Assembly: GCA_002633005.1 (NCBI GenBank)
Contig: NMRA01000083.1
Span: 1,007,725-1,071,724, forward strand
Direction: 5' to 3'
Origin: Phoronis australis
Taxonomy: Eukaryota > Animalia > Phoronida
Length of the DNA: 64,000 nucleotides
Part shown: positions 37,701 to 51,610 of the stretch, in pieces
Numbering within the stretch: the stretch's first letter is position 1
Layout: each line of letters opens with the position of its first letter
Program-made: the position numbers and the translations under genes
Notes under the pieces: model-generated
Seen by the model: only the letters and a program-made list of their open reading frames with translations
Database searches by the model: none
What the model was told of the DNA's origin: nothing

Positions 37701-40700
37701 CTGGATATTGACAAAAACAATCATCATCATGCATGGAAAGTAATTGATATAGCTGGGAAAATACTCAGGTAAACTCAATATGAAAAATGAAATACAGTAT
37801 GAATGGGGCGTAACTGTTTCTTTTATGGACCTGCCTTTTTAATTTTAGTCAAATGAATGTTTCAGATCTCCATAAAAGCACAATTACAAAGTGTATGTTC
37901 ACGCCATCTGGTGACCGAGTGATCACTACATCTATGGATAAAACTACAAAATTCTTCGATCTCAAATCTAACATCAACACAATCACATTGGGGTAAGTTG
38001 TCATCATGTGAGATATTTTTTGTTTGCTTGCCAATAATTTTCCAACAATTTGCTTAGACTACAAGGCAAAACTAATCACAAAATACTGTTTTTTGACATG
38101 ACGTTTAATATTGTTAACAGCAAAAATGACGGGTAATAATTACTATAATGACATCAAATTCTAATTAGAGAATGGTTTAGCCACCTTACAAACTTTGAAT
38201 TCCTGTTAATTTCTCTTCATCCTTGGTCATCAGGGGAGACTACTCTGACGGTGAACTTGGCTTCCACCCAGCCGTCACGTGGAGAATTCTGGGATACATA
38301 TTGTCTGAATACTTATGGCTTGTCATGGGCGGCGCAGCACAGAAAAAAGTGGGGGGCTTAAGCCTCCCCCCCCTAGCCCCCCCCCCCTAGCCCCCCAGTG
38401 TGATGCATCGCCCATAGACCATGGGAAGTGCACCCCTGGAAAAAGTGGGGGCTATAGCTCCCTGACCCCCCTGTGGTGCACCACCCATGCTTGTACTGTA
38501 CATGCGATGCTGCCGTGGAACTTGAAAAAAGTGTTTACATGCAGTTTTTGTTCTTTACTGGTTTTTGTGTTTATTCCCGGCCAGTCACCAACATTCCATA
38601 TGAAATGACAACTATGGTATTTTTCTCTTGAAGTGACTGATGAAAGGGTCATACTGGAAGGTCTGCTTGGCGGGAAACAAAGTAAATCAGTCGGCTATTT
38701 CTTTTAATTAAACTGTTTCGCTGTCTCATTTGTGACCTTTGTAATGCTAGCTGTGTAATGCTTCATTCTTTGTTTGTAGAGGTCACATCAATGTCATATC
38801 CAACTGCTGTATGACAAAAGATGGGAAGAACTTTGCAACTTGCTCTTGGGACAAGACCATTCAGATCTGGGACATTGCTGTGGGAACTTACAGGTTGGTC
38901 CATGTCTTGCATTCACAATTTGTCAAAAACACCTGCCCAAAATTGTTTGAAAAGTAAGTCTAACATAACAAAAATGTTGCTTTCTAGATTGAATGTTGAC
39001 GGCCATGAATAGCCTAGTGGTAGAACTGTGACCAAATAATTCACTAACGTCACCCAGATACAAAGCTTTCTAGCACTTTGTGGACTTAACTCTTATTATT
39101 GTTCATTGTATTTTTCGTAATAATAATGAAAGGTCTTTTTCTAGAGCTTGTTACGTCAAATGGGCCTTTGTGTTGCTATCAGGACTTGCTAAAGCCAGCT
39201 AATTGAACTATTTGTACCAACCATCACTACTAAGATGGTTGGAAATGGGGATAGTATTGGTTCTGTAATGAAATGCTAAGGGTTAGTTGAGCACACCGTT
39301 TTAATTTTGTGACATCACTTTGTGAATTTACTCATGGACATTTTCCATTCTATTATGAGCTTGCCATTTTACAGCAAGACTTTGTAGCCTAGTGCCATTG
39401 TATATATCACAAGAACATCATTTTCAATAGAAGTCTTAAACCTAGACTGCACTCTGTCCTTTTGGGAAGCACTTCATTGTTTTATGTATGATATCTCTGT
39501 CTGTTTTCTGCACCTGTTCACTTTTTATTTCAGAAACCGAGGTGCCACAACGCTGGCCAAGGGTCATGAAGGTTCAATCAGTTCTATTGCTTTCAGTGCA
39601 GACAGTAAGTGAACTTTGACCTTGAGCTGGTTGAAATAACACCTGGCTCACTTTTTAACGAAATTCAAATTGAATTTGTTAAGATGTAGATTGTTGATTT
39701 TTGTAAGTAAAACTACTGGAACACAATCGGTTCTCTTCAAGGCCTTACGTGTGAGAGTAATTTGAAGTTATGTAAAAATGTCATCAAGTATTTTTTTGGA
39801 CATACTATATGAAAATGACCCTAATTTGAACATCAGTATGAATATGATATAATAGGTGCCAAATGTTCAGCTATAGATGTGGACATTGAGAAGGGGACTG
39901 TGTTAAGAAATTTGTCAGTTATTTTATCCACAACTTGCCACATGAGGTTTTATTGTTTTATTGGCATCACATGGTTCTTTTACAATGAATTTACACACGT
40001 ATTTAAGCTCATGTGCCCGTGATGCATTTAAAAAATATTTTTAATTGTACATAAGTGCATGTGCCAAGGTGTGTGTGTGTGCGTGTGCGTGTGTGTGTGC
40101 GCGCGTGTGTGCATATCTTGAACTGGCCGGGTCTAAGTGTTATGTTGTCCATTCTTAGTACTTTCATTTAAATACTTATGAACTGGAGAATAAAGGCGCA
40201 TCTTATACCTAATTATTCTATCTCTTAAAACTCAACTTTGCACATTTAAATATGGCTCATTAATGTTAACTTGGACGCACATCTGTCTACTGTTTTGTAA
40301 TGAATAAATAGTTTGGACACATGTTATTTCACGAACTCGATCCTCGATTTTATGAGTTTTGTATATACATGTAAGCTCATGGGCCTATTAATTTGGATTC
40401 AAGTCTAGCTTTACATTTAGGCATGTGGGCTTAAAAACGCAAGTATACAGTAGGCACCGTGCGATTGAAGTGAAGGTTGCGGCAGTAAGGAAATGCCATT
40501 TGATTCATCTCCAGTCCTTACCGGGCAAGCATTGTATTGTAGCGTACGGTGAAAGGATACGAGTTATCTTTGTCATCATGTTTATATATTTTCACTGTGT
40601 TTCAGATTCAATGCTGGTATCGGCTGGTTACGATACGAGTATCATTCTGTGGGACTTGGACACAAACACACAGAAAATACGGCTTATGGTAAGCTGCAAA

Positions 40701-42681
40701 AAAAATTTATCCCCAGCAGTCACCTTTACAAATATGCCTGGTTACTATAGAATGAAAATTTGTAAGTGGCATTTGCATGGTAGAAGCAAATCTGTATGAT
40801 TATGCAATACTGGTAAATAACATTGTACGACTCTGGTTTTACGTTGTCACGCAAATTTCCCTGCATTTTGTATCTTGGCACGCGATTGATTTTCGAGAAA
40901 ATGGTCAGCGACTGAAAAAATGACCTTATTTCAATATTTTGACGGATTTATTCTGTATGAAGTGTAGTGTGGCCATATTTATACTGAAAAGTAACACTAA
41001 CCGTATGTTTCAGGGTCACGGGGACTGGATAGAAGATATTTGTATGAGCGGCGACGGAATGTGGATAATGAGTTGTTCAAAGGACACCACCATTAGGCTG
41101 TGGAATATTGCAGAGTCCGATGAAATCCCTTCGGCTGTGGACGACAAGAAGACCATTGGTCTTAAAGTGGTCAAGGTCAGTGAGACACTGTCTTATGACA
41201 ACTTACGGGATCTTATTAGCAATGTTAATGCAAGAAGACTAGAAGTTCATGTAAAAATATACAAACCACAACCGTGTCCGTGAATATGCTTTTCAGGGAG
41301 ACCTACGTTCACTTGTGATTAAGGTAAGACCAAGAACAGTTTTACCGAGTTGGAAAAAACTTCGTTTGTATTGTTTGCTCGCTTGGTTCTAACATTGCGT
41401 TCCTCAAATCTCAAGTCAACTACATGCAAGTTGATTTGAATACCGGGAACTTCAATTACTACGAACGTGTTTGGAGTGCTTATTTTCTAAGCAGGGGCTT
41501 TTGCCCATTTACTATCGAGTGTGGTTACGGAGAAGGCAATTACAACTGAGTTAACAAGCCAGATCCTACGGTTTCATTTGTGTAAAGAAATTTCAATTAT
41601 CCGACAAGAGGAAGCAGTGGTGGTTATGGACGCTATCTGTTGATTGCAACTTGGTTCAAATGCCAAGCACCAATAGTAGATGAATGTGGCCTACATGACT
41701 ACAGACTTTTAAAGCCGCTCTCTGGAAGAGCGTTATGACGGAGTTCTCGCTAGTTTCAGATCTGTTCTTTTTGTAAAGGCCTCCACATGTCTGATGCAAT
41801 TCAGCCGTCTGACCACCAATCTTTTTTTCTTGTGTAACTTTTGGGAAAAAAGATCAAGAAATTTGCTAAAAATGATGCAGACATGCATTTTTTTAAAAAG
41901 TATGATGGTGATTTCATCCAATCCTAGTTCTGTCCCATGCTAGAGCAGCATTGGTCTCACACGAGTGAGAAAAGCAGGATTCAACTAAAACACAATATTC
42001 CCCGTGTCACAGAATGGACATCATGCTTTTTAGTGGGTGGTCTTTCCCTACATATAACTTTTCTAAAACATTAGTTCATGCTTGCCTGTAAATTTTCAAA
42101 ATTTGCTTCATACTTTTTGTGGGTTGACGAGGGTTACCGAGCATCACTTTATTTGAGAGCTAGATGGGAAAACCATTAATATCTATAAATTGGCCAAAAG
42201 CGGGCTTAGTATCTTTTGAAGAAGTGAGAGACACCGAGGTTTCAAAACAAGTAGTTAACGTAGACCATAACCTAATATATATCATACAGGTCACAGTCAG
42301 TCCATTGTGCAAATTTCCATTTTGTTTCGCAAGTTTATTTTTGTTCGAAGTTCTTGTGATTGCAATTCCAAACACTATTTGTGACATTTTTAGTATGTTT
42401 GAGCTGTTTCCTTTGTTCTATTTGTAACCATATTTTCAGGAATGTGTACACCGTCTTGTGGTTTACTGCCGACATGTCACCCAAGTTTTATTCAAAATGG
42501 CAATGACTGAACAGAAAACCCAACTCAATATATTTTCCTTCTTTTCCACCAGTGTTCCGACTGCGGCAAACCATTCTCCATGGCCCAAATGACTGATGCT
42601 GGAACAATATGTGTTTTCTGCCGACTTCAGAAGAGAACTTCGCCAACACTAGACATAGACTTCACTGTTGATCCTGAATAA
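28727..42681 (+). CDS. WDR88: WD40-repeat protein WDR88-like, spliced, ~404 aa, with C-terminal CxxC...CxxC motif
   Basis: Exons: 28727-28855 (MPVSV..KWEHETLAK), 36120-36380 (VRIKVLRGH..), 37309-37447, 37866-37992, 38780-38893, 39534-39604, 40606-40688, 41014-41175 (GHGDWIEDICMS..WNIAESDEIP..KKTIGLKVVK), 42553-42681 (CSDCGKPFS..CVFCR..stop). GT-AG introns with consistent phases (1215 nt). GH..WD repeats plus the EIP/K..GLK/CxxC..CVFCR tail resemble vertebrate WDR88. Confidence 0.85.
38113..38323 (+). repeat. Dispersed repeat, copy 2 (copy 1 at 4578-4783)
   Basis: Same shared blocks as 4578-4783; interrupted at its 3' end by the 38324 MITE. Confidence 0.75.
38324..38489. mobile_element. GC-rich MITE, 166 bp, 5-bp TSD (CTTGT), nested in another repeat
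   Basis: TIR catgggcggcgca / tgcaccacccatg; cttgt at 38319-38323 and 38490-38494. The paralogous empty site atggcttgtac is at ~4773-4783. Confidence 0.8.
40069..40112. repeat. (GT)n/(GC)n microsatellite
   Basis: gtgtgtgtgtgtgcgtgtgcgtgtgtgtgtgcgcgcgtgtgtgc. Confidence 0.9.
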
Positions 42682-42901
42682 CACAACAGTGTCTAGTTGC
42701 GTTGTGGTGAAGTTATGTCTACAAAGACACATTCCACTTTGTGACATGTGAAGATGGTTCCAACCGTTTTGTATGTATTTCCTGTTACTTATATTTCCAA
42801 AGGAGTTCAAATACAATTTTAGTGCCATACAATACCTAGTTCATAAGGCAAAAATATAGTTTCAAATGAGAAACTATAAAGACAAATCGTACTTAACTGA
42901 A

Positions 42902-42907
42902 TTTATT
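42902..42907 (-). terminator. Putative poly(A) signal of NGDN
   Basis: tttatt on plus is AATAAA on minus, ~230 nt after the NGDN stop. Confidence 0.45.
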
Positions 42908-43097
42908 GCTTGTGTACAGAACATTCTGATTCCAACAATTAATGAAGACGTTTTAATTTATGCAGTCATCTGTTAAGATTATTATTGTTCAGTGATACAT
43001 TCGTTATCTCCTCATTATCTAGTCCATGTTTGCCTGTCGTTTTGTTTTGTTGTAATTTCTTGTGGTAAACTGCTGAGTATAATCTTGACGAAGTCGA

Positions 43098-43103
43098 AAT
43101 AAA
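43098..43103 (+). terminator. Putative poly(A) signal of WDR88
   Basis: First AATAAA seen after the 42681 stop, followed by a GT/T-rich tract. Confidence 0.5.
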
Positions 43104-43134
43104 ATTTTTCATATTTTGTTGCTGTCTTGAGATT

Positions 43135-46100
43135 TCAGCTCCTCTTGAATTTCTTCTTTAAAGCTGAAAATAAATTGTAAAAGGGAAGGGGATGAGAAAT
43201 ATTCAATTTGCAGCAAGAAACAAACTGAAAGTTGATGAATGCTTTTGAAAAACCGAACTCTTCATATTCTAGCACTAATTGCTTCAGTAAGAGGATGACC
43301 TTTACAGAGGGCTTGTCTTTCAAATTAGTATACTTAAAATGTGATTGAATACTCCAAACATATTAACCAAAGATTTGCATTTGTAACTAGTATATTGGTT
43401 CGCATGGCTGAAATTCAAATTCAAACAGAATTTGTCATATGTTTAGGGATATTTATACTCTGGCGATCTTATGTCCCGGCCTGTCGATGCTCTCGGCTGG
43501 GCTTGAATGCTTCACAAGACAGAACTCTCAACACTTTATTGCCGAGTTAAAATTTGTTTGAGAAAGACTTGTGCACAAGGTCATAACAGAACCGTGTTCT
43601 TCATGTTAAGTGTGGAGACCTGCACCAGTTGAAAATGAAATGATGGGGAGGCTGGTTTCTCTTAGAGGGAGCAAACCAATTCTTACCACAGGCATGCACT
43701 TTTATCACACACCGAGAAGCATGCCCCAGTTTCTACGTGTTTTTTGGTCTTTTCCACTAAAAATGGTCAGTGGTAACAGTGCTTGAATTTGGAGTTCAGG
43801 TTCCAAGGTTAGGTTTGTGAGCGGGTTTTCACCCCACGTCTGGGAATAAGAACATAATAAGCACTTAGAAGAGTTTCAAGACGAGATGTTTTCTGCTTAA
43901 ATTACCTTGCATTTACAAAACACTTAAACATAAGTATACTCATAAAACTGCAACATGATAACAGTGAAATTTTATGCATCTGATGGACATGAGTGCAATA
44001 CGTACCCTTAGCAATAAAACCACCCGTGTTGCATATTTGAACCTCGGATACTGTAACGTTAACCATTTGTTCAATAAAAGATCGTTTTGGTTTTCAGAGA
44101 AAGGGGGAAGTTTAATGGTTCAATCGGGCACATTTATTTTCAAATATGCCCCAAGTTTACTCCATAACATTCCAGTTTCATGTTTCCAATACCTTCGTTT
44201 TTCCAAGGTTTATGCAACAATTGCGCAGCATATATTGGATTATGAGCAGTTTACGAAAACAAACCTTTAGCCTTTATCTTCTTAACCCTCGTTGGCGTTT
44301 TACTGCTTCGTTTCCGTTTCTTTCCACCCATTTCCTAAAATATCAGTGTTACATTTCTAATTGATGGATCAGGGCTAAATGTCAGTTTGTAAGCTCCGCC
44401 CAATCCGTCTGCTTTCACATAAATATTCCAATCAACTTAAATATAACAGCAGATTATGAATACTTGTGTATATAATGGGTAACTCGATGCAGTGTTGAAC
44501 TATGGGCCTTCTTTTCATCATCCAAGTAGACTGAGAAGATAAAGCCGTTCACTAGCAAGGTGGTGTTCAGGGAATAAGAGTCCTGCATGTATTTCTTGCC
44601 CATGTTTCAATGATACCGTCCATTGCAAGTTCCTAATTAGGCTTGCACTATGTCTGGAGACATTGAAGACGTCCCTCAACTAATACACCTAATTCACGTA
44701 GTCACCATTTAAAGTAAGCCTCTTTTTAGTTTTTAAAAACATGCATTCTGCACTTAATCACAGTGGAAAGCTTGATTTTTTGCGTGCCTCGTATTCATGT
44801 CTCAAATGCATTGTTTTTTAAACCTAAAAAGAGGCTCACTACTAAAACAGCTGCGTGAATAAGGTCTATTGCTACAAAAACATCAACAAGTCCGTTTTTT
44901 TTACACGTATAACAACTCAACTGACAAACAGAGAATGATGTAAAGCACCTACGTCAGATAGCTTTGACTTCCCAGTGCTACATTGAACAGCGTTACACAG
45001 CTTGCTTTATAAAATTTGCTCTTATCCTGTTCCTGAAGTCACAAACCAACAGCGCTGTTCCCAGGCTGATTTAGTTACAACAAACTTTGGCAACAACACT
45101 TTAGAAGGGGTGAGGGTTCACTGCAACACATTTCAACTATTACTACCACGATAACTAGAAAGTGTACCTCTAATGTGTCTCTGTCTGCTGACAGAGCACT
45201 GATGTCTCCAAATTTGGTCAGGTCATTCAGACTGGACAGTGTTGCTACCTTCTTACCAGCTTGCTGCATTAATGAAAACAGAAACATGAAAACAATAATA
45301 CACAAAATTACCAAATGATCTCGTACGCAATGCAACTTACTACATCAGCAAATATTCACTACCAACAGAATGATTTTGATTTATTTTGTACAAAAAGTAA
45401 AGCAACGATGTGATGGAAGCTTTGCTTAACCTGCTGAAATACTCACACAGGAACAAAGTTATACTTGGAATATCTGTTGATTCATTGAAAACTTGTCTGG
45501 CAGTCGCCATTGCCTAATAACTACAGTCGGTTGCTTAATTCCATTCACTAATTGCAGGTAAAATGGTAGAAGGTAAGACTGGCGGTATGCAGAGCAAAGC
45601 TAATATATTTGTCCAACTACCCTTATCTTTTTGACAGCTTTTTCATGTTGTCAGGCACTCTCGTACATTTTCTGTTGACAAGAATTCAAGGGTAAATAAT
45701 TCTACTTTAAGCACACACAATACTGGAATCTGTGACAGTCATTCATATTACAAATATACAACAACATGGACTTGTTCAAAACACAAACACATCCAAATAT
45801 AATGGTTCATAATGCTTTCTGGGTTTACCACTTATTATTATTCATTACATTTTTTGTAATAAACAATTAAGTTTGGATTTATGCGTTCATGCAGAGGACC
45901 CAAAGGCTCCATTGATGAGAGCTTTCTGCACAGATTGCAGAACATCCAGCTTTCGCGTCCCAGTCACTACTATATGCACGCAATAATTAAAATCTCCATC
46001 AGTTTCTGCATAGTGGACGTGAGCTAACCTTTTCTTTCTTCGACACAGCCATCCGTACGAAGTAAGTCTCTTCGTGACTAATGAAGAAAAGGAAAATTAA

Positions 46101-49100
46101 TGCAGTGTTGAAACATTATAACGAATTCACGTCAGGAAACCACACATTTAAGTACCAATTCCAAATTTCCAAGACGAATATTTTATATGTTTTAACCTAT
46201 TGGCAACCTGGAAAAACATCTTTCAGTACGGAAAATAAACATTCACACACACACACACACAATTCGCTTCACTAGAAACGATATATATATCAACAAGTAC
46301 ACAAAACTGACTAAACGATTCTTCTCAGTTAAATTTGATCCAAAATTCTTGAATTCTCACCCTAAACTTACATCATTTATGCAGAGCCGTTGATTCCGTG
46401 AGCTCAGAACAGCAGAAGTGAAAGACCTCGCTTAGTTGTTAACAAAAAACAGCTTACACTTTCTCCTCCCTGCTATAGCATATGCCAAAATGTAAAAAGC
46501 CTATAAGGTCATTTATGTATCGCATACTAAGTCTAAACGAATGTCAAACCTGTGGCCCTCATATGCCCGTAAGCTTCAGTATTGTCCAGAAAATATCCAA
46601 ACTAGTGGCATGTTGGCTGATCGCGCGAAACTGGCTCTGATTGAGAAGGCAGCAGAGTGTGTAGGCAAGACGTGCCTTGCGGCAACGGACAAGGATAAGT
46701 TGGACGTGCCATAACTTGTCACTCTGTGTGCGTCAGCCACACCAAAATCTAAACTCGTTACAGCAATGAGCCAATACAAGAGGAGTACACTGAACTCATA
46801 CGGCATTAATTTGGGGAACAGTAAAGTTTATGCAAAAGACAGTTGGCTAAGAGCTGTTTTTTGACGGTCAGCCCTGTTTACAGGATGATGCCAAACTTCC
46901 CCGAGGGTAGCCTCTACTTACTCTCGTCTTTCGGCGGCCATTTTATCAGCTTTGATTTTATGGAGGTCACGGGATTCCTGCAATGAATTTTTGAAAACAG
47001 TTAGTTTAAGTCACAAGCGTACTCATGATCATATATTCCCATGCATCAGCAAGGACGTGCCATATGTAAAGAACTGTATCATAGTGCAATTCGACACTAG
47101 TTGCCCTAAACTACCGATGTTTTAACACTTAACAAGAGCAATGCGAAACGTTGATATGCACCCATCATGTGCATCGCATCCAGCATGGACACAAGAGATG
47201 AACATAATATTGAACATTCCCACAACAGGGTACAATACTACTTAACTAAAAAAGGCTCCAGGAGGTGGAAAGCATGTCAACAATAAGAGGCGGACGCCTA
47301 TTACCAGACTCAAAAACAACACAGATTGCCACTAGATGGCATAAAACACATCAAATCTATTCTAAGACTAAAAATATCCAATTTCAACCATGAGAACTAA
47401 GAAGCTGCAGTTGCGGTCAAATCATGGCCACCCTGAATACTCCTCTAGAAGGATGCCCTAAACTCCAATGTACAATGTTCAGCCCCAAATACATTACCTT
47501 AATCTCCTGCGGCCCTTCATGGTATTCATCCTGTAGCTCTCTCATTATACTGCTACTCAGAGCCTTTTTCTTTGCCTTTTCAAGCATGACTTCCTGTCTC
47601 TCCTGTTCTGTCTCGTCGCCATCTGTTGACAGAATGTTAAGTTAAACTCTGAGTCTGAAGTTTCGTTATGAGTTTCTGTCCGTCATAATAGCAAGGAATT
47701 TAGAATTTGTTTTCCAATTATTTGAGGCACGTACAGTAACAACTAGCAAAAATAGTGATGAATGTACTGCTAAGCAGACATTGTAATCCATGCACAGGTG
47801 AAGTAACTTTTTGAGAAAAGTACTCGATCACATTAAAAAAAATCTAGTCAGGGATAGCTTTAGAAAAACTAGAACTGTTATGAGCAATAACAGAGGCTGC
47901 TATTTCCTTAGCCACCTATAAACCCGATCCTGATGGGGCCAGCTTTAAACTAGAATCAACACATATCCGTCGCCAGCACGCCATCTGCAGGTCAGATGTA
48001 AGGCCAAGTCACTAGTCTCCTGATGAAAGAATCAAGCATCTTCAGTGTTTCCACTGTGCTACTCCAACTTCGTTCATTTGAGTGAGCTCTACTAGGCCAC
48101 CAGAACGCCTTTAATAACTAAGTTCAATAAAGTTAGTGTGATGAAAGCAATAATAAAACATCTTCAAATAATTCCAATAAGCTCGATATTTTTCATTTAA
48201 TGTAATGTACTAACCATAAGGCATTGATGATATTTTAGGTGGACGGTACACCTTGGGTTTACTAGCCTCTGCTTCGTGTTCAGATCCACTTTCGGATTCT
48301 TCTTCATCTTCAAACTAGAACATCAAAATGAATTAACATTCAGAAGAACACTAGTACAATGCATCCCAAACTTCAGTCATTCACGCTAAATTAACATTTT
48401 TATGATGTGACCTAGTGTATAACTGTGAAGAAAGTTTATAACAGTTACTCTAACAGAGCAAGTTTCAGAAACAGCGTCGTTTTACAGAAACTAAGATGAA
48501 ATAATGATGGATAATCATATTTACCTTGCTAAGCATGGCTCTGGGGTTAGGTTCGAATCTGAGCGGATCGTTTTCTCCCACCGTACCAGTAACTGCAGTC
48601 TTGATCAGTTTATCAATTTGATATTTTAGTTTCTGGTCAATTGGTCGAATACGCTCTAGTACCTGGAACGCAGATAAAATTATTCATGCAACTGAATTGG
48701 ACTAAATAACTAATGAACTTCAGTCACTAGCTAGAGTTCAGACACCAGTGCCTGATTGCATGAAACAAGTCATCAATAGGGACTAAATTAAGTTCCTTAA
48801 ATCTTGTATATGTGTCTTCATTTACTAACAGATGTAGTCTTTTTCTACCATTATTTTGTTTCATCTTTACTATGAGCTACTCGATGACTACTGACATTTC
48901 CTAATAATATAACTAAACACTGAGTCCTGAGTTCAATGAAAATATAGGAACTTGTCCTTGAATTAGGGGCATTGCAAGAAAACATCCCTTATTCCATTTA
49001 TTTTTGATAAAGTTGAGTATTCAACGTAGAATTCATTCTTGCTTTGTATCGAAGTAAAAAAAAATGACTTAGTAATGAGCCTAAAACAGCACAAAAAAGT

Positions 49101-50741
49101 ACAACCGCCGTTTTCACAAGTCCACAAATATGCGGCGGCAGTACATTAACCGAACTTAGTTGAGTCCAAAACAGTTCAGAGAACTTGCTGCCAACATACA
49201 AAAACACACAAATAAATAATAATGGAAGTATTAGCAAAAAAAAGTTAAAACTAATGCTGGACTTACATTTCAAATGAGCTGATATTTATCAACTGGAAGT
49301 CAAGTATTCACCAACTAACAAATACACAAGTAGTTTGTCGTAAGTCATGTAAATACATACATATGGTGTTATTCATGACGAACCGATTTGAACAGCATGT
49401 ATTTTGGTATAGAAACCAGCTTCTATGGAGAAAGCTGGTAATTTTTTATTATTAAGGAGTATTTGGTTAACATCATTTGGCAAGTCATGAGAACTAATTA
49501 TCAAAAAATTGTATTATTAATCTGCTGCCAAATGCTATTCATTTTGCCTTTTATATCTGCGATAGCTTATAGGTTTGGAACAACAGATTTCGAAAATGAT
49601 TATTTATAATGCAATCAAACCCTAGATCCACAACAACTGTTGCAAATGGGAGTTCTGAAAACTGCGTCCGAGTTTAACAGTAATCTTGACCTTAATCAGC
49701 TCATACAAATTTCCTTTGTACGTGGTATAAGATCGGAGTTAATTAGTTTTTGCAAAAGCATCGACGAAAATTTGAATTCCTTGATGATATAGAATTACTA
49801 ATTATTATGTCTGTAGGAACGACATTCTACATATCTATGCATGAAATTACAGAGGGCTTACAAATAGCTCTCAGTCATTCATTAAAATTCTGAAAAGTTT
49901 GTCATTTCGGCTACATCCAATTAGCACTGAACGAAACTTTAATGTAAACATTCAATATTTCACCACCAGGATAATATATCAAAGATGTAGAGCTGCCGAT
50001 AATATAAAATTAATCCCACTAATTGGTTACTTACAGTTCGTATTTCCACCAATCGCTCTATGGCAGGCTGGTTCTTGATGGATAACCCACCAACCTTGCG
50101 CTGCATAACCAGAGTCAAGTTCACCAAGTAGCTCAGAAGAAGCTGGTACTTGACTTCAAGGAAACTGATCCCCTGTGGAGAAGGCACAGACATATAATAT
50201 TCAATAGAAAAATACAACTTTACATGGTTTAAAATGAACAAATTTTTAGCTAGCAGCTGAAAAATGCATGGATGAACCAACAAAACTGTTCATTTCTGTT
50301 CCTGAACACCATCATGTATAAGCAGTGCGGTGGATGTTGTATCAAATAAACAAACTTGTACAATCCAAAACAGAAAGACTGATATATGCATGATTCAAAG
50401 AGAGTTCATCAGCGGATATAGAAAGTTCCAAAGGGAACCTGACCATAGTTTCCAAAGGATACCTTCACGACAGCCCTAAAACCAGCATGCGTGCACTGTC
50501 TTATTTCTATTTCGATCATCCCAAAAGGGAAGCCGTCCATACATTTATACATGTCAGTTCCCTCTAGATATGATTGGCACATGCACACACCTTTCTGACC
50601 TGGACTCCAACTTACCTTAGCAGTTGACAGTTCCTGATTATCAACTCGTTTAATCAGATTCCTCACTCCAGACGTTACACCTTCTATTTGATCCTTCAAG
50701 TCCTCCAGAATCTTCATAGCTTGAGGTAAATCTTCATTCAC
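43135..50741 (-). CDS. NGDN: Neuroguidin (NGDN, Lcp5/Sas10-Utp3 family SSU processome factor), 5' exon not located
   Basis: Exons on minus: 50616-50741 (VNEDLPQA..), 50035-50172 (GISFLEVKYQLLLSY..RLVEIRT), 48525-48662 (VLERIRPIDQKLKYQIDKLIKTAVTG..NDPLRF), 48215-48314 (KVYRPPKI), 47498-47622 (KKALSSSIMREL..GPQEIK), 46922-46977, 46029-46077 (HEETYFVRM), 45168-45263 (LNDLTKFGDISAL), 44265-44334 (K/R-rich), 43135-43163 (LKKKFKRS stop). Phases are consistent (927 nt). The 50741 acceptor is phase 0, so a short upstream start exon is expected, but I could not identify it. Confidence 0.9.
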
Positions 50742-51610
50742 CTTAAAAAATCGGAATTCAACAATAAAGAAGAGATAGACATTAAGAGTAGCTACTGCCT
50801 AAGAGTCATTCAGGAAGTGAGGTGCTGTTGAATAGCTGAATATCAGTAACAGAATAGCTCATTTTCCTCCTTCACATCATCGCAAACAAATAAAGGTGTA
50901 TTCACCAACACAGATCTTTCCTCACTTTCTCATTGTACAAACAACTAAATGATGGACATTACCATTCATCCAGGTTAATAACTACACAAAAAAATTATAC
51001 ATCGAAACTTGTAGAATTTACTGTAAATGATTACCCCAAATATCGTGAAGTCGTCTGGCTCCTTCTACTGGGAATTGATGACTGACTAGCTGAAAAATGT
51101 CATCGCCCTCTGCTGGTGTACAAAGACAACTGCAAGACCTTGGAATCTCCCCCCCCCCCCGTTCTGTTTAAAGAAGGGTTCTTGGCTTTTGACCAAACGG
51201 CCTATATGGTTGTCAAGTTTGTGCGACCAGGGATCTATGTGTGCAAGTTAGGATTTAGGCCAGTGACAACCTGGTACAGCTGGTAATGTCGGAAAGGAGC
51301 AAAGGAATATGACTGAAAGAGTAATTTTACATTATTTGTGGTTTTCACAAGCCTATAATTGTCAGCCAACTAAATGGTGGAAAATGAAAAATATGACAGC
51401 ACTGTATGATTCAACTTTCTTCTTTCTGGTGATATACACTACACAAACGGGGGCATTAATGAATAATTTCAAAAATAAAAGTAATGCGAACACTGTATTC
51501 ACTAATTGGCAAATTCTTATGACTTTTACTCTTGGTTGGACTTTTTGCTTCCAGATAGCCATGTATTTCTGAACTGGATTAATTTTTAACATTTTGAAAA
51601 TTTTTAAATA

